A stretch of DNA of 63,060 nt, filler included, from Streblomastix strix (lineage: Eukaryota), in NCBI GenBank assembly GCA_008636045.1. It is 3 parts of 3 records of this genome, joined end to end, with 100 filler letters (N's around TTAATTAATTAA, not from the genome) between each part and the next. Parts side by side here need not be neighbours in the genome. Positions count along the whole stretch, not along the records: positions 42,117 to 63,060 come from SNRW01000405.1; 2 more parts are not named here. One strand, written 5' to 3'. The position numbers were made by a program, and so were the translations under genes. A model generated the notes under the pieces. That model saw only the letters and a list, made by a program, of their open reading frames with translations, did no database searches and had not been told where the DNA came from. Shown here piece after piece: positions 42,191 through 55,166 of the stretch. Every line of letters begins with the position of its first letter. The stretch's first letter is position 1.

Positions 42191-43299
42191 TTCAAATAAC
42201 TCCAATATTTATAATAAAGAACGAAAGTCAAGGAAAATAATAAGGAATGAAGTTCATTCATTCAGACGAGAATTATGATTGGTGCACAATTGCCATTGAT
42301 CCTGCTATTAAAGTTGGCATTGTTAGATTCGAAGTAGTATTTGAGAATTCTGGAAGGAATATTTGTATGTTAATATGAATTAATGAATGTAAATATAAAT
42401 AATGAATAATAATTATAATATTTTTATTCTTTATTTAATCCACTATATATTTTATATCTTATATAGGCTTAGGAATTGCGGATGCATCTTGTTCTTTTGC
42501 TGCTGGTAAAAGACCTTGGGAAGATGGAAGTATTTAATTAATATATAAATTTAATTAATTCTTATTTGCAATATAATATTTGTTATTAATTAATAATAAT
42601 TTTTAATATTAAAATTCTTTCTTTTTCTATTAAATATTATTATTCATACATCGATTCATTGTATGCAACTTATGAAGATTAAGAAAAGACAGTTAGATAT
42701 TGGGGTTTTAAGTATGAATTATATATATTTATAAACAACACTAATAATAAAATTATTACAATAAATAAATATATCTCAATTTCTCTAATGATTTTTAAAT
42801 CTTTAGTTTTTATTTCTTTCATTCAATTTTTTATATTTCTTTTCACTAATAAAATATTAACAGCGGAGACCTTGACCATATTACTAATGATACAAAAGGA
42901 AATAGAAGTTATGAAGATGGATAAAGAATTAGTGCTATTGTAGACATGACATCAAATCCACGTAAAGTTGTATTTTACGTTGATGACATTGAGCAACCTA
43001 ACTTTGTGATTGGAATACCATCCGAGATTAGAATCTGGGTTCGTTTGAAAATTAAATTAATATTTATATGTAAATATTGAATTAATTAAATTGTATTTGT
43101 TTTTCATTATTAATCATTAATATTTTTATTATTTTAATATTCAAAATTCATTAATTTGTTTTCTTTTTCATTTATTCAGGCTTTATCATGGAGCGAATCT
43201 TCTTCCTTCGTTGTTTCAAAATTTGAAAAACTGGTTTAATTTACTTAATAAGAAGTTGTTGGATATAAATCACTTTAATGGGGAAAATTATGGAAATGA
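42191..43299 (+). CDS. B30.2/SPRY-like domain protein, 5' truncated, multi-exon
   Basis: CTIAIDPAIKVGIVRFEVVF, LGIADASCSF, GQRISAIVDMTSNPRKVVFYVDDIEQPNFVIGIP, ...WGKLWK*. AT-rich GT-AG introns. Confidence 0.7.
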
Positions 43300-44262
43300 A
43301 TAAATTAAAGAAAAAAAAATAAAATAATTAATATAAACTAATTTAATAGAAAGAGTTAAACACACTTCAATTCTGTTTCATTCTCAGTCTTCATTATTTT
43401 AACTATTTTAATTTTGAGGATCTTTATTATAATTATTCTTATTCTTATTTTTGAATCAATAAGAAATGTAATGGATTTACTAATAAACAAATGAAATATA
43501 ATAAAATATTTTAATATCATCAATTTTAACTCCACAAATTGTCAATATGAAATGACTTTCATTTCAAATTTACTTTATTTTCCCTATTGTTTCATCTTAC
43601 TTTTCTTCTTTCTTCTCTAATTTAAACTCATTAAAAAAAAGTGATGAATTTTAATAATTATACGAAAATTGAATAAACTATTAGTAAAATAGCTGACGTA
43701 TCTAAACAGAAAATATAAAACTGCTTTGGCGACGAACAAGTAAGAACAGAGTGTAAAATTTAATGAAAATATCTAATTTACAATTAATAATCAACTACTT
43801 TTTTAAATATTTTATAACAATATTGAATAATATCTTCAATTTTACTAATTTTATAGTTTTAATTAATCAATATCTTTCAAATTTATCATCAGAAATATTA
43901 AAATCATGTCAGAATAGTTATAATATTTAGATATCAACAAATTTATTTAATTAACAAAAGATATGTAGACATTATGATAAAAGAAAAATAATATATAAAC
44001 TTTTATAATTATGAATATTAACTCAAAAAAATAAAATAAAAACTCACTCATTCTGATTAAAGATCGTTTATTTGATCATTTTCATCTGAATTACTCATTT
44101 GATCTTGACTATCTATTAAATATCTAATATTAGTAGCCTCTACATATACTCCGTGACTATTTACTCAATCCATATCCATCTAATGCTCCTTTCAATTAAT
44201 GAAATTGTTAACACTAGTGCTAAAGGGGTCCAATCAACAAAGTTATTGCGATTGGTTCGTGA

Positions 44263-45534
44263 ATGAGTGCGCAGCGTGATCCTGAGACTTCACCTGATGC
44301 TGAAACTGATAAAAACGGTCCCGAAAAATAGCAGTTGCAGACTCCTAATGTGTTTGGTCACGTGAAAAAGGCGGAGAAAATGGATTTGGACTTACATCAG
44401 CGGCTTGGGGCTAAAGATGACGACGACGATGAAGTAATAATAGCGATAACTGATACATACATGAATACCATCGATTTATCTGTCGTATACGAGGAGCTGA
44501 GCTGTAGAATTTTCAATATAGAAAACGAAAAGCCGATAGCTGAAGTGGGAGATTCTAGAATAGGGAATGATTTAAGAATTGAGATACATCATGAACAATT
44601 ATAATTCGAGTCGATAGAGGAGGATATAGCGTGGATTACAAGTATCAAGGAGGATATTCGTAAATTGCGCTTGAATATATTGTAAAGTTCGAGCAGTTCG
44701 GATGGATATAAAATTTCTATAAAATCGAATCTGATTAGTAGTCAGTGGCAATTGATGTATAAAATAGATCCTCTAGTAGCTCAGTAATCAATAATTGGAA
44801 CGTATAAGCGAAAAACGTTTGATATGAATTCAGGCGAGCATGTTTTGAAATGGAATATTGCAGAATAATAAGCTCCAATATTGTAAACCCCAGTTCATAC
44901 AGGCTCAATAGCTTGAACTGCTCAGTAGACAGTCCATAGAAGTGAAAGTTTGCAAGGTGCTGCTGGATTCATGTCACTATTTCAATAGTTTGATGATAAG
45001 TTTAAAGAATACGCCAAGTGCAACTCGAAAGAAGAAGAGGTAGTGGCAAGAAAGATTGTGCAGATTATGGAAAGAGTAAGCAATTCTGAAATGAGTAAAT
45101 TTGATCCAAAAGCAATTACGATGTAATTGATGGAGAGGCAGATTTTTTTCTAGAAAGTCTAATAGAAGTTAGCGAACCTGCTTTGGAAGGTACAATTTGT
45201 AGCTCCACCCGCCTATGGGGAGTAGATGCTGGTGTCTCGAAATGCGGTAGAGTCTGCCGCGATGATATAACACGTGTTTTTGGAATTGATGTTTTAGCTC
45301 GATTTAGGGAAAACAGAAAGCTTTATGGAGAAGTTGATTGATGGATACATATTGGCTTTATTGGCCACCGGAGAAGCGCATAAAGTTCGAGAGAAACTTA
45401 GTGGTATTTATGCAAAGCCAGATACGACGGAAATTTACTCTATAACGACGAAATATAAAATGACTGAGAATAAGAAACTGAATGAAGGAAATTTTAGGCT
45501 TCCCTCTTCAGCGGATTTCGATCTAATCAGTTGA
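44263..45534 (+). CDS. DIRS ORF1 (gag-like)
   Basis: Open frame MSAQRDPETSP... to TGA at 45532, upstream of the RT. Confidence 0.55.
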
Positions 45535-46559
45535 AGCGGGGACAACTGCGGTAAATTATTCAGGTAGGTAGATTTCCTCCTCAAAAGGAACAAGCGGAAG
45601 AGGTTCAAAAGATTTTAGATTTCGAAAGAGATAGAAGGATTTCAATAGTTAAATGTAGAAAAATATAGATGAAGCGGATGATAAGGAGGATCGCGTTTGA
45701 GTCCATTAGCTAAGAATAGTAAAAATGTTGCGGGTATAACCACTGGTTTATGCAGCCCACACTTTCGAGTGACGAGTGTTGCTAATCAGCGATGCGGTCA
45801 GCAAAATCTAACGGAGAACATGGCTAGTTTATCCGGGCAAAGTTTGAAGAGTCAGAATTTAAGAATTGGTAGTTAGTTATAGATTTTTAATAAAGATAGA
45901 CTTATATTAAGTAATTTGGGAAATTCTACTAGTTAATCAGGTACGAATCTAGCGAATTTGATTCAGAGAATCGGTTATTAGTTAGATATGAATAGGATCA
46001 AGAACAACAATTTAGAATTATTAATCAAGCATAATTCCTATGATCCTCAAGTAATAAAGTAGGCAAGTAAAATAATTGTAGAATTCAAAAATATTTCATT
46101 TCACCCTATTCAAATGGATCAAAGTCAGTCATATCAATCATCATTTCATACAGATAAGATTAAGTAAGATTAACAATCATCTATAAAATAGAAAAATGAA
46201 TAAGAACAGACAGTAACTGCAATTTGGCTCAGTCGGCCGCTCCTCAATGCTTCACACCCATTCATAAAAGATTAGATTAAGCTAGAAGATATGAAAGATG
46301 ATTGTTACGTCCAGCTTGAATTAGTTCCGCTTCAAACAAACTTATGGATGACTAATAGTAGTGCAAGTTCTGTTTTAGCAAATTGTAAAATTCCGGAGAT
46401 TTTAAATTATAAGATAGAAGCCAAATAAAAAATGCTATCTGAGGAGGACTCATAATAAAATTAGACTCGCCAACTTCAATAATAAATATAGATGGAATCT
46501 GAGAAAGTTGCTCATTGAATCATTTAAAAAAATGTAAAGCAATTTGAGCAACAGAAGTG

Positions 46560-47960
46560 ATAAAGTAAGGAATTTGTGCCAATTGGAAAGATTCAAGAAG
46601 CCCTAATCGGCTACAAGAACATAGAATCATTCCAATTCATACCAAAACTAAGACTAAGTTGGCAGTTTTTGGAGCAGTAAGTTAATTGAGAACTGGAGCA
46701 GAGAGTGGTTAAAGAAGTTGAAGAAGAAGACGTGAAGTAATTGAACATAATTCTTGCGGTCCCAAAAGGAAAAAGTGGCAAATCGAAGAAAGAAGTAGAC
46801 TATCATTTGCTAAACGAGCATCTATTAACGGAGTATTTCAAAATAAGGGACATATAAATGTTGAGAGAGGTAGTTTGTAAAGAAGATTTGGCAATAAAGA
46901 TCGATTTAAAGGGTGTTTATCATCACGTACCGGTTAGTAATAATCTGAAGTAGTACCTCGGATTTAAGTTTAAGAGGAAGAGTTATATTTATACAGCAAT
47001 GTATTTCGGGCATACGCATGCCCTTCAGACTTTCCATAAAATAATTAGAGACACAATCGAATACATTCCATCAACTTTTACAGATTAGGTTCGTGTCGTA
47101 TTGCGAATATCTGGTGTTTCTTCATCAATCAAAAGAAGATTTAATTTAATTAACACTTTAAATCTTAGGAATATTATCAAAGTTTGAATGACAGCTTTCA
47201 GCAGAGAAGTCTGTCTTGATTCTGAATCTGTAATTCAAGTATCTATGATGGTTCTTCAACACATGCATGAACCAGAAACGCACATCAATGATTAGGAGAA
47301 CTGAGCAGCTATAACAAATATCGAAATAAAGAAGATTAACGGAGAAAAGAAATATAGTTAGAATAAAGTGGTAGGCCTCTATGATAGGGAAATTGAATTT
47401 CCTGAGGATACAGATAAAGAGAGGAAGATTAGATATGAGAAAAATGAATAAATAAAAGAATTAGGCAGTGAATGCAAGAAATTGGAATAGTTACATGTGG
47501 ATTAATCATCCAGTTCCTCCGAAAAACACACCATCCGAAGGGCTATTAACTACCGACGCAAGCATGGAATAATGGAGCGCCACTTTAGAAATATTTGGCA
47601 CCGGAAGAGAGATTAAACTGTCAGAAGCTTGAAGTCCTCGGTGGAGACTGGCCTCGTCCAACTAAATGGAGACAGCAGCGAATTATCTTGTTTTATGATG
47701 AATGGGGAAGGAACTCATCTGTTACATAATCAGCAATCTTCGAATATAATCGCATAATTTGAGCGCAGTGTTTACCCTGAATCAGGTTGCGGCAGCTCTA
47801 GTGTTAGTTTCGCTTATAAACATGATACTGGAGAAGGTAGAATTAATGGAAATATAGATATAGGTGGTTCACATTCCTGGCAAGAGTAACCAAGTTGCAG
47901 ACGCGTTGTCACGATTGTCCGCGAGTTGGGATTACGAAATAAGATAAGAGGTTTTGTAGT
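46560..47960 (+). pseudogene. DIRS reverse transcriptase-RNase H
   Basis: AVPKGKSGK, KIDLKGVYHHVPV, YTAMYFG, decayed YxDD (SYCEY), LTTDASMEQW, HIPGKSNQVADALSR. Stops and frameshifts. Confidence 0.85.
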
Positions 47961-48659
47961 TTGATGGAAGATTGTTGGACGTTGAAATAGGACGGGTTCA
48001 TGCGAAATTGGAAGATAGAAACGCTGCTGTTGCATCCATTAACAATATTGATTTAAAGAGTACTGAATAAAATAATGAAGGATTAAGCGGAATGTGTAAT
48101 CATAATTCCTAATTTGGAGGCACAGCATTGGTGGCCTGCTTTCCAGAGCGTACGAGTTAACCAAGTTCTTGTGGGAAAATGAGTATACGTGCTAGTCTCA
48201 GGTGGTCGCATGAAAAAAGCAGAGACGATATAGCCCACCAGGAAACTTGTTGGTTGCAAAGTTCAAGGGGAAAAAGGAGAAGAAACATTTTTCGAACGAG
48301 CTCGATTAGGAGGGCTAAGTAATTATGCCATCAACAGTTCTGCCTAAAGTTGGCACACTGCCTGAAGGAGGCACAGATAAAGGATCTTATAGTTCATTAA
48401 TTTCTGGAAAGGAATTGGGGGTTCGTTAGAAGATTTGATATCAAATAAAAGTCCTGAAGCAGAGGCAACCAATTATATCATGCAGTTGAAGTAGAATAAA
48501 GCATCTGCAAATAATACCATTGAAAGTGTAGCTGCATTTTCATTACTGTTTAGGGTATCAGAACATACAGATTAATATATTTAAAAGAAACTGAAATAGT
48601 TAATTATATAGAAATGTAGAATAACGTTGAGAAAGATAAAAAAATAAGAATCAATCTAC

Positions 48660-50045
48660 AATTGAAAATAAATTCAATAGGTGTGAAATAAGGAAAGGCA
48701 TATGCGTTTAGTGTACACACCTTAATGTATTATATAGTTCCTACAATATAAATTCTCTTTATGCAAATACTAATGGCGTAGTTGATCCATCGGCTAACAG
48801 TATCTGCTGATTCGTGCAATTTGTCTTTTTAAATTAATTAAATGTTTTTATACAAGTAATCGTTTAATCAATAGCAATAGTAACATAATTATTATTTAGC
48901 TCTTTTCTTAATAAATAATCACTATCAAATGATTCAGAGCTATCAATTTGTTTTAATTTACCTGAAATTTATTATTCTGATTATCCAGTCTTTTTAACAG
49001 AATCACTATCTATGTCAAATATTGCTTTTGTATCACCATTAGCACATAATACTTCAGAAGTTAATTCTTCAGCTTTAATGAACTTAGTTGCTGTTACGTT
49101 TCCATCATAAGTCAATTACTGGGGATGAGCGTGATCATTTCTAGCATAAAAAGCTGATGTTCCATTATTTCCAACTCCATTAACTATAGGTACAATAGAA
49201 GCATTAGTTAAGATACTAATTGGATGAAAATCATCGTTTCTAGCATAATAATTAGTTGTATCAACTGATCCACTTTCACTATCTTATGGTGGAATTGATT
49301 TTTTTTATTGAGAGGGTGAGAATGATCATTTTTAGCATAATAATTAGTTGTGCCAACTTATCCACTCGCAGAATCACTAGGTGGAAAAGGTGTTGCTACA
49401 TTTAGTGGATAAACATGATCCCCACGGGAATATTCAGTGCTAATTCCTGTAGTTGCTGTACCATCAGATAGGGGAGTTGCATCACTTGCAGGCGTTACTT
49501 GATCAGGTACTATAAATCCACTATTATACCAATCTGCATCATACATGCATACAGTTCCACTTTCAGCAGAGAAAGCAAAATCACCATTAGCAGAGTTTTC
49601 CAATTATTATATATCTGTGTTCAATAAATAATATCCTCTGAAATGTATTTATCTTGATAGTTCTTGATTTATAGTATCAATATCATTTTTTATATCAGTG
49701 ATATCCTATTCAGTTGTTCCAATTGATTGTTGTAGCAAATTCACTTAATTAATTAACTAATTAATCTGTGCAACAAAATCATAATTAATCATTTTCAAAT
49801 TCTTTATCGTTATCAATCCATTAGGTTTTTTTTAATGCGTAATCAGATGCCATCCCATCAACGAATTAATTGTTAGCGGCGTAGACTAATGCATTGTTAT
49901 TATCTAGAAATAATTAGTACTCTTCATTTGACATCATTTCACCACTAGAATTACTTCGTTTCTAGTATTGAATATAATAAGCTATATCGTTAGTAATGAG
50001 CTATCTAACTGTACGGATTTACTATTATGATAGTGAATTGTTCAT
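48660..50045 (-). pseudogene. Fibre protein with phage-tail-fibre-like (A/S)RxDHxHP repeats
   Basis: Coiled coil, then GISTEYSRGDHVYP, TNYYAKNDHSHP (across a frameshift), YARNDDFHP, GTSAFYARNDHAHP, EVLCANGD, QQILLADGS. 3' end abuts the DIRS element. Confidence 0.7.
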
Positions 50046-50070
50046 TTCAATAAAAATAAATTGGTCATTA

Positions 50071-50277
50071 TCACTGCTTATTTACAAGTCGATCAACAGC
50101 ACCTGCAAGATTAGCTCCTGCACCTAGTGCACATTCAATTCCGGGGTGAATCATTCCAACAGGACCTGCTATTGTTGATAAAACTTTATGTAATGCTGAT
50201 GCAACCTATTATGCAACTTTCCTTATACTGCCAAAAATTTTCGATCCAAAATTGACTATTCCAGAGAAGAAATTCAT
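50071..50277 (-). CDS. 68-aa protein VI-like peptide
   Basis: MNFFSGIVNFGSKIFGSIRKVAQQVASALHKVL...AGAVDRLVNKQ*. Homolog of 7330-7533. Confidence 0.75.
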
Positions 50278-50343
50278 TTTATTTATAATAAAAACTTTTA
50301 ACATAAACATACATTCTGTTTCATAAATTTTTGTTTCAAAGAA

Positions 50344-52326
50344 ATGTCATTCAAATCTAGTGATTATCTTGGACTATTAGCAAAAATGCAACATTATGAC
50401 TACGTTAGTGAATATACGTAACTTGGAGAAATTATAAAAACATTATCTATCCATCCTCAATCACTTGAAATTTCAAAGTAAAATTTCTTCGATTCTCCAA
50501 TTACTGAACTAACATCTAGTGGAGTTAAATATACTAGAGCACTATTAGGTGCAAAAGGTAAATCTGAATGTTCAATGGTTCAAACTTGTTAGATAAATTG
50601 GACAATTACAATACCTAAAAATATATTGGCGATATAATTAAATAAAACATTAAATGATAGGGATATTGTGTGTAAATAAAATGCACGAACTAATTTCAAT
50701 GCTAAAGAAGATCCATTAGCCGATTAGACTGCAGATATGTCATAAGCATATTAAGAATATTATGGTAAAACAGTTTAAGGGATTGAATTATCAGAACATC
50801 TATAATTTTGGATTGGTTTCTCAACAGCTTGTGGTACATTCTACTAATTCTAACTATTGAAAGATGCAATAGCATTATAAGGATCTGCAATCTATGCTAG
50901 AGAATAAGCTGCTATTAGTTCTAATTCTTTGAGTGATTTATATATTAAAAATAGTGTTAGCGTATTATTACTAGAAAGTATAATTGAAGGAATACGCTAT
51001 TGTTGAATATTTATTGATATCTCACTTTCTGTAATTGATAGATAAGCAACAGTATAAATAGCAGGAACATCATTTTACTACAGAATTCCTAATGATACTA
51101 CATTCAGAGGAGTACTTGATCTTAACTAACTAAATCCTATATTTAATTCTTTCCCTGTTCTTACACGTAATTATCGAATATTACATCAATAATTATGGAT
51201 ATAAGATTTCTTATAAGATTTGAAGATTGTAAGGCTAAACAAAAATGATGCAATATAAAATAATCATTTAACTTATCATATGATTCCTCCTGAGAAACTT
51301 GATATTGTTTATCTATTATCAGGAGACGATGCAGATTATCTATTGTATAAAAGATATAATGTAAGAATTGTAAATATGTAAAATGCAGCTGTTCTTGATA
51401 AGATACCACAAAATTCAATCAGTTAAATTGGAACAGCAAAATTTGATACATTAGAGATATAAAACGTATGCTTCAATATTGAAAATAAAGATGCTATAAT
51501 TAGTCTGATTCAATAATAAAAAATAATTAACTTTCCTACATAAGTATTTATGACATAATCATCGAACTTTTCATTTAGTGGATTTGATAAGAATAGTGGA
51601 TTTATGTAAAGCGTTATGTTATTCTCTAACATAAAATCACTATTTATGACATTTGCTATGCACTAATATCCAACATGGTTTTTCCCTGTATTATTCACAG
51701 GACTTAATCTTATTTTTGATTAGAATAATATTATCCAATAACCATATAAATCATTAAATTAAGCAACTAAAGAATAAATGTTTGATTGTTTCGTTGATTA
51801 AGATGCTGTTAGTGCTCTTTCAGATCTATATCATTCTCTTACATTTGAGAACTTGAATATTGATGATAAGAAAAATTACTATGGATTGATGGATTATAAC
51901 AATTAATATAAAACAGCTAACTTATTCTATTTAACAGCATTGTATATTGGAAGTAAAGCAATTAAAACACTTTATCCTAACAAATTTATGCCTACATGGA
52001 AGTTGGCTACCGATGATTCATTAATGAGTGGATATAACTCTTCAAAACTAGGATCAAAACTGAATGTATAAGTAATTTTATAACGAAAATTGACTTAAGG
52101 AATTATTGATACTTCTAACGTAAGTCCATCATAGAACTAAAACCGTTTCAAATAATTCATTGGAACTAGAGCATATCCTGATCCTACTAAAGCATCTGTT
52201 ACACCAATGATGCACTACTTGTGTGAAGCATTTGTTAAAATTATATTTAATGATAGTTCAATGCCATAAATACTAAATATTGATGTAAGTGGATAGCTTG
52301 CTGGTGGAGCTATTATGTTTTAGTGA
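50344..52326 (+). pseudogene. Putative major capsid protein (660 codons)
   Basis: Single frame MSFKSSDYL...FWIGFSTACG...YAREQA...TPMMHYLC. One TGA seen, at 51004, where the contig-1 homolog has Gly. Confidence 0.72.
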
Positions 52327-52376
52327 GCATTTCTGCTAACCAGCAAAGCTGGTGATCGTAAAAATAAATTTATTTT

Positions 52377-52502
52377 TCAACGACATATCTTTGATTCACA
52401 TGCATATTTGATTGCAGCTTCCCAAATAGCTTTAATGATTTTGTACCAGTTTATGTTCAATTATTCAAGAGAATAGATGATGGTTTTGTTTGTCGAATTC
52501 AT
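52377..52502 (-). CDS. Conserved 41-aa viral microprotein
   Basis: MNSTNKTIIYSLEQLNINWYKIIKAIWEAAIKYACESKICR*. Homolog of 4568-4696. Confidence 0.75.
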
Positions 52503-52520
52503 TTGTTTATTTTTAAATTT

Positions 52521-53279
52521 TCATTTCGCTGACTAATTATGAATAGCATATTAATCCTATACTTAAACATAAAAATCATCAGAAAAACTAATCTAGCGCA
52601 TTATATTTATTATACCATTACAATTAGGATTAATATAACAATCAATAGAAATAGCTCCATTCCAACAAAATGGATAGCTATAGTTTTTTTACGCAAATAT
52701 AACATCATTTAACGGAATTTTATGTTGCGTTCAAATGAATTTTGGTTTTACAGCATTATCAACGATTGTGAGTAAAATATATTCTGATTTCCATACTGTA
52801 TTAGGATCAGAGTGAGTTATTTGAAGAGAAATATATGCTCTGTTATTTTATGTTGTTAATGCGTCCCAAATTAAATGTTCATACATTCCATAAACTATTG
52901 TTGAATAACGCGCATTCTCAATTGGTTCATAGTTTAATTAATCTTTATCAATCGTATCTCTATTAGCTAATAAAATTTAGTTACTTGTTCCACCTTATTT
53001 AATAATTTTACCAGCAATGATATTTTATAGAAAAATCTTTTCTCCTCAAATAATCTGGTCAGTATATAAATTTACAAAATCGATAAAATTCCTAAAGAAT
53101 TAACTCAAATAATTAAAGAACTTTATTATCTCATTATCAATAACTTTTTATAATATATTATGTTTATTAAATTATTTTTATTACTCCTCTTATTGTTATG
53201 TTATTTTACTTACCTATTCTTACTAATTAATCTATTTATCTTCATCAATCATATCTAAATCACTTAAGTTTTGATCCAT
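52521..53279 (-). pseudogene. Fibre-like structural protein
   Basis: KIIKQGGTSNQILLANRD. Homolog of 10053-11090; internal stop and frameshift. Confidence 0.55.
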
Positions 53280-53770
53280 TTTTATTACAAATATATTCAA
53301 TAATCATTATTCAACATAATAATCTATACTATTAACTGGAGATTTAACACCACATTAATTGTATTAATTGAATTTTTGTTTGAGCCTACATTTATTCAAC
53401 TGCTTCTTTTAATTCACTATATTTTACACCTATATCCATATTATAACATATTACCTTCATCTGTTAAGTATATAATTAAATTGTGTCATCAATATGTTCA
53501 TTATTTCTCTTCTCAATCAATGTATAAATTTGTAACGGATATCTTGGATTAGTATCGAATCGTTTTAGTAACTTGTAGCAAGGATTATTATTTTTATTTA
53601 ATGCTCACTAATAGAAATCATCACCACATTAACATATTGGTTCAACGTAAATTTCCTTTGGTATATTTTGAAGATGAACAAGCAATTTACCTTTGACTAT
53701 TTCTGATTATGAAAGCATTTTTGAAGTCAATAAAAATAATTAAATGTAAAAAATAGACAGTTAAATTATT

Positions 53771-54459
53771 TCAAAAATCTTCTTTGGTAATCTCTGATGT
53801 AGGAGCATAAGATAGACCAATAAAGTTCTTGTTGACTCCATACAGTTTCTCAATAGAATTATAAAGTACATTATCTATGAGAGATATAATAATATTTTTA
53901 ATTAGTACATCATTTACTCTTAGTAGATCTTTTTTATATGATTTACCTATGCATGAATGAGATCTCATTAATGGTTCTTCTTGTACAATTTCAATATCAT
54001 CTTCATTCTTTTATGCAATTAATGTTCAAAGTTTATTAAAATTGTCAAATGAAAATATAAAATCATCATCTCTTTTTCTTGTAGTTACGGTTGCCCATAT
54101 TCGATCTATAATAAATTTCATTACATCCAGATTTGTATTAGAAAGGTAAATATTTTTAACTACTTTCTCTGGGTCTACTGAAGCAGTTGTTCTATCAATT
54201 TGTTTATATTTATCTTTATTATATATGCTCTTATATAAAGTAATTTTTTATTCCTTAAGGATCAATTATTCCGATTTTACTTGAATAATTTCATTCTCTG
54301 ATTAAATTAATTTTTTTTAGGCTTTGATGTGTCGTCAATTGTTTCACTTCGTTCGAGACCTTTCTATGGCATTGTCTTTATGCGACTAATTGCCTCATAG
54401 ATCAATTGCAGTCTAATTTTATCTTCATCCGTCAGTTTTTTATGCTTAATCTCAGACAT
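53771..54459 (-). pseudogene. Conserved viral hypothetical protein
   Basis: DRTTASVDP, NLDVMKFIID and EDDIEIVQEE match 9077-9808. Stops and a frameshift. Confidence 0.7.
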
Positions 54460-54536
54460 TTATTTTTTGATTTTTGACATGCGAATTTAGTTTCTTTCTA
54501 TGCCCTTTACCTTTTTCTTTATATAAAAATATTCAA

Positions 54537-55166
54537 ATGGACTTACAACATGCATTGAAGAATTTGATAGAGAATAAAACAAATTTTGAATACTTTGACA
54601 ATGGATATGTAATCCAAATTAACAAAGATATTAAAATATTCGAAATAGAAAAGAAGACACATAAAAAATTAACTTAAACATAGTGGAATAAGTTATTGTT
54701 ATAAACTCGTTGAGCAGGAATTGACCCAAAGAAAATAATTTAAAAAGTAACCATAAAAATGAACTGATGATGACGAAGAAGATTTAATATCCTATTTACC
54801 ATAAGATGATTAAAATGAAAGTGATGACGGTTCCATAAGCGAAGTCAGAGAAAAACGTTAAAGAATTTAGTTCGAAAAAGATTAACTAAATTATCAAAAA
54901 CTCTATAAATTAATTACACTAATCCTCAACTTGATTTGGAAGAACTAATCAGGTTGAGAACTGAAAACTCATTAATTAAACAATAAAATTAAGATGTTGT
55001 TAAACAAATAGAGAAATATGAATAAAAAGTAAAACGAAATTAATAATTTAAATAAACTATTGAAAAGGAATAAATAATTGAATTAGTTTAAGCTCCAAAC
55101 GAATGTTAAGAAGAATCTGCATAGTATGAAGAACATGATAAGGATAGTAATTTCGATTTATATTGA
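54537..55166 (+). pseudogene. Conserved viral hypothetical protein
   Basis: KTNFEYFDNGYV and NPQLDLEELIRLRTEN match 8459-9018. Confidence 0.7.

Larger units (their letters stand above)
44130..48670 (+). mobile_element. Degenerate DIRS-like (tyrosine-recombinase) retrotransposon, 3' truncated
   Basis: Gag-like ORF, RT, RNase H and the start of a YR-like ORF in DIRS order. Higher GC than flanks; boundaries approximate. Confidence 0.8.

Noticed and set aside
48814..48830. 17-bp match to the motif copy at 9808
   Set aside because: It lies inside the fibre coding repeat (FKKTNCT) and lacks the rest of the motif; probably chance.
1021..51006. TGA recoded as Trp in viral genes
   Set aside because: TGAs also fall at Gly-type positions (51004), co-occur with frameshifts and damaged catalytic motifs, TGG is used normally, and TGA ends the genes. 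This is decay.
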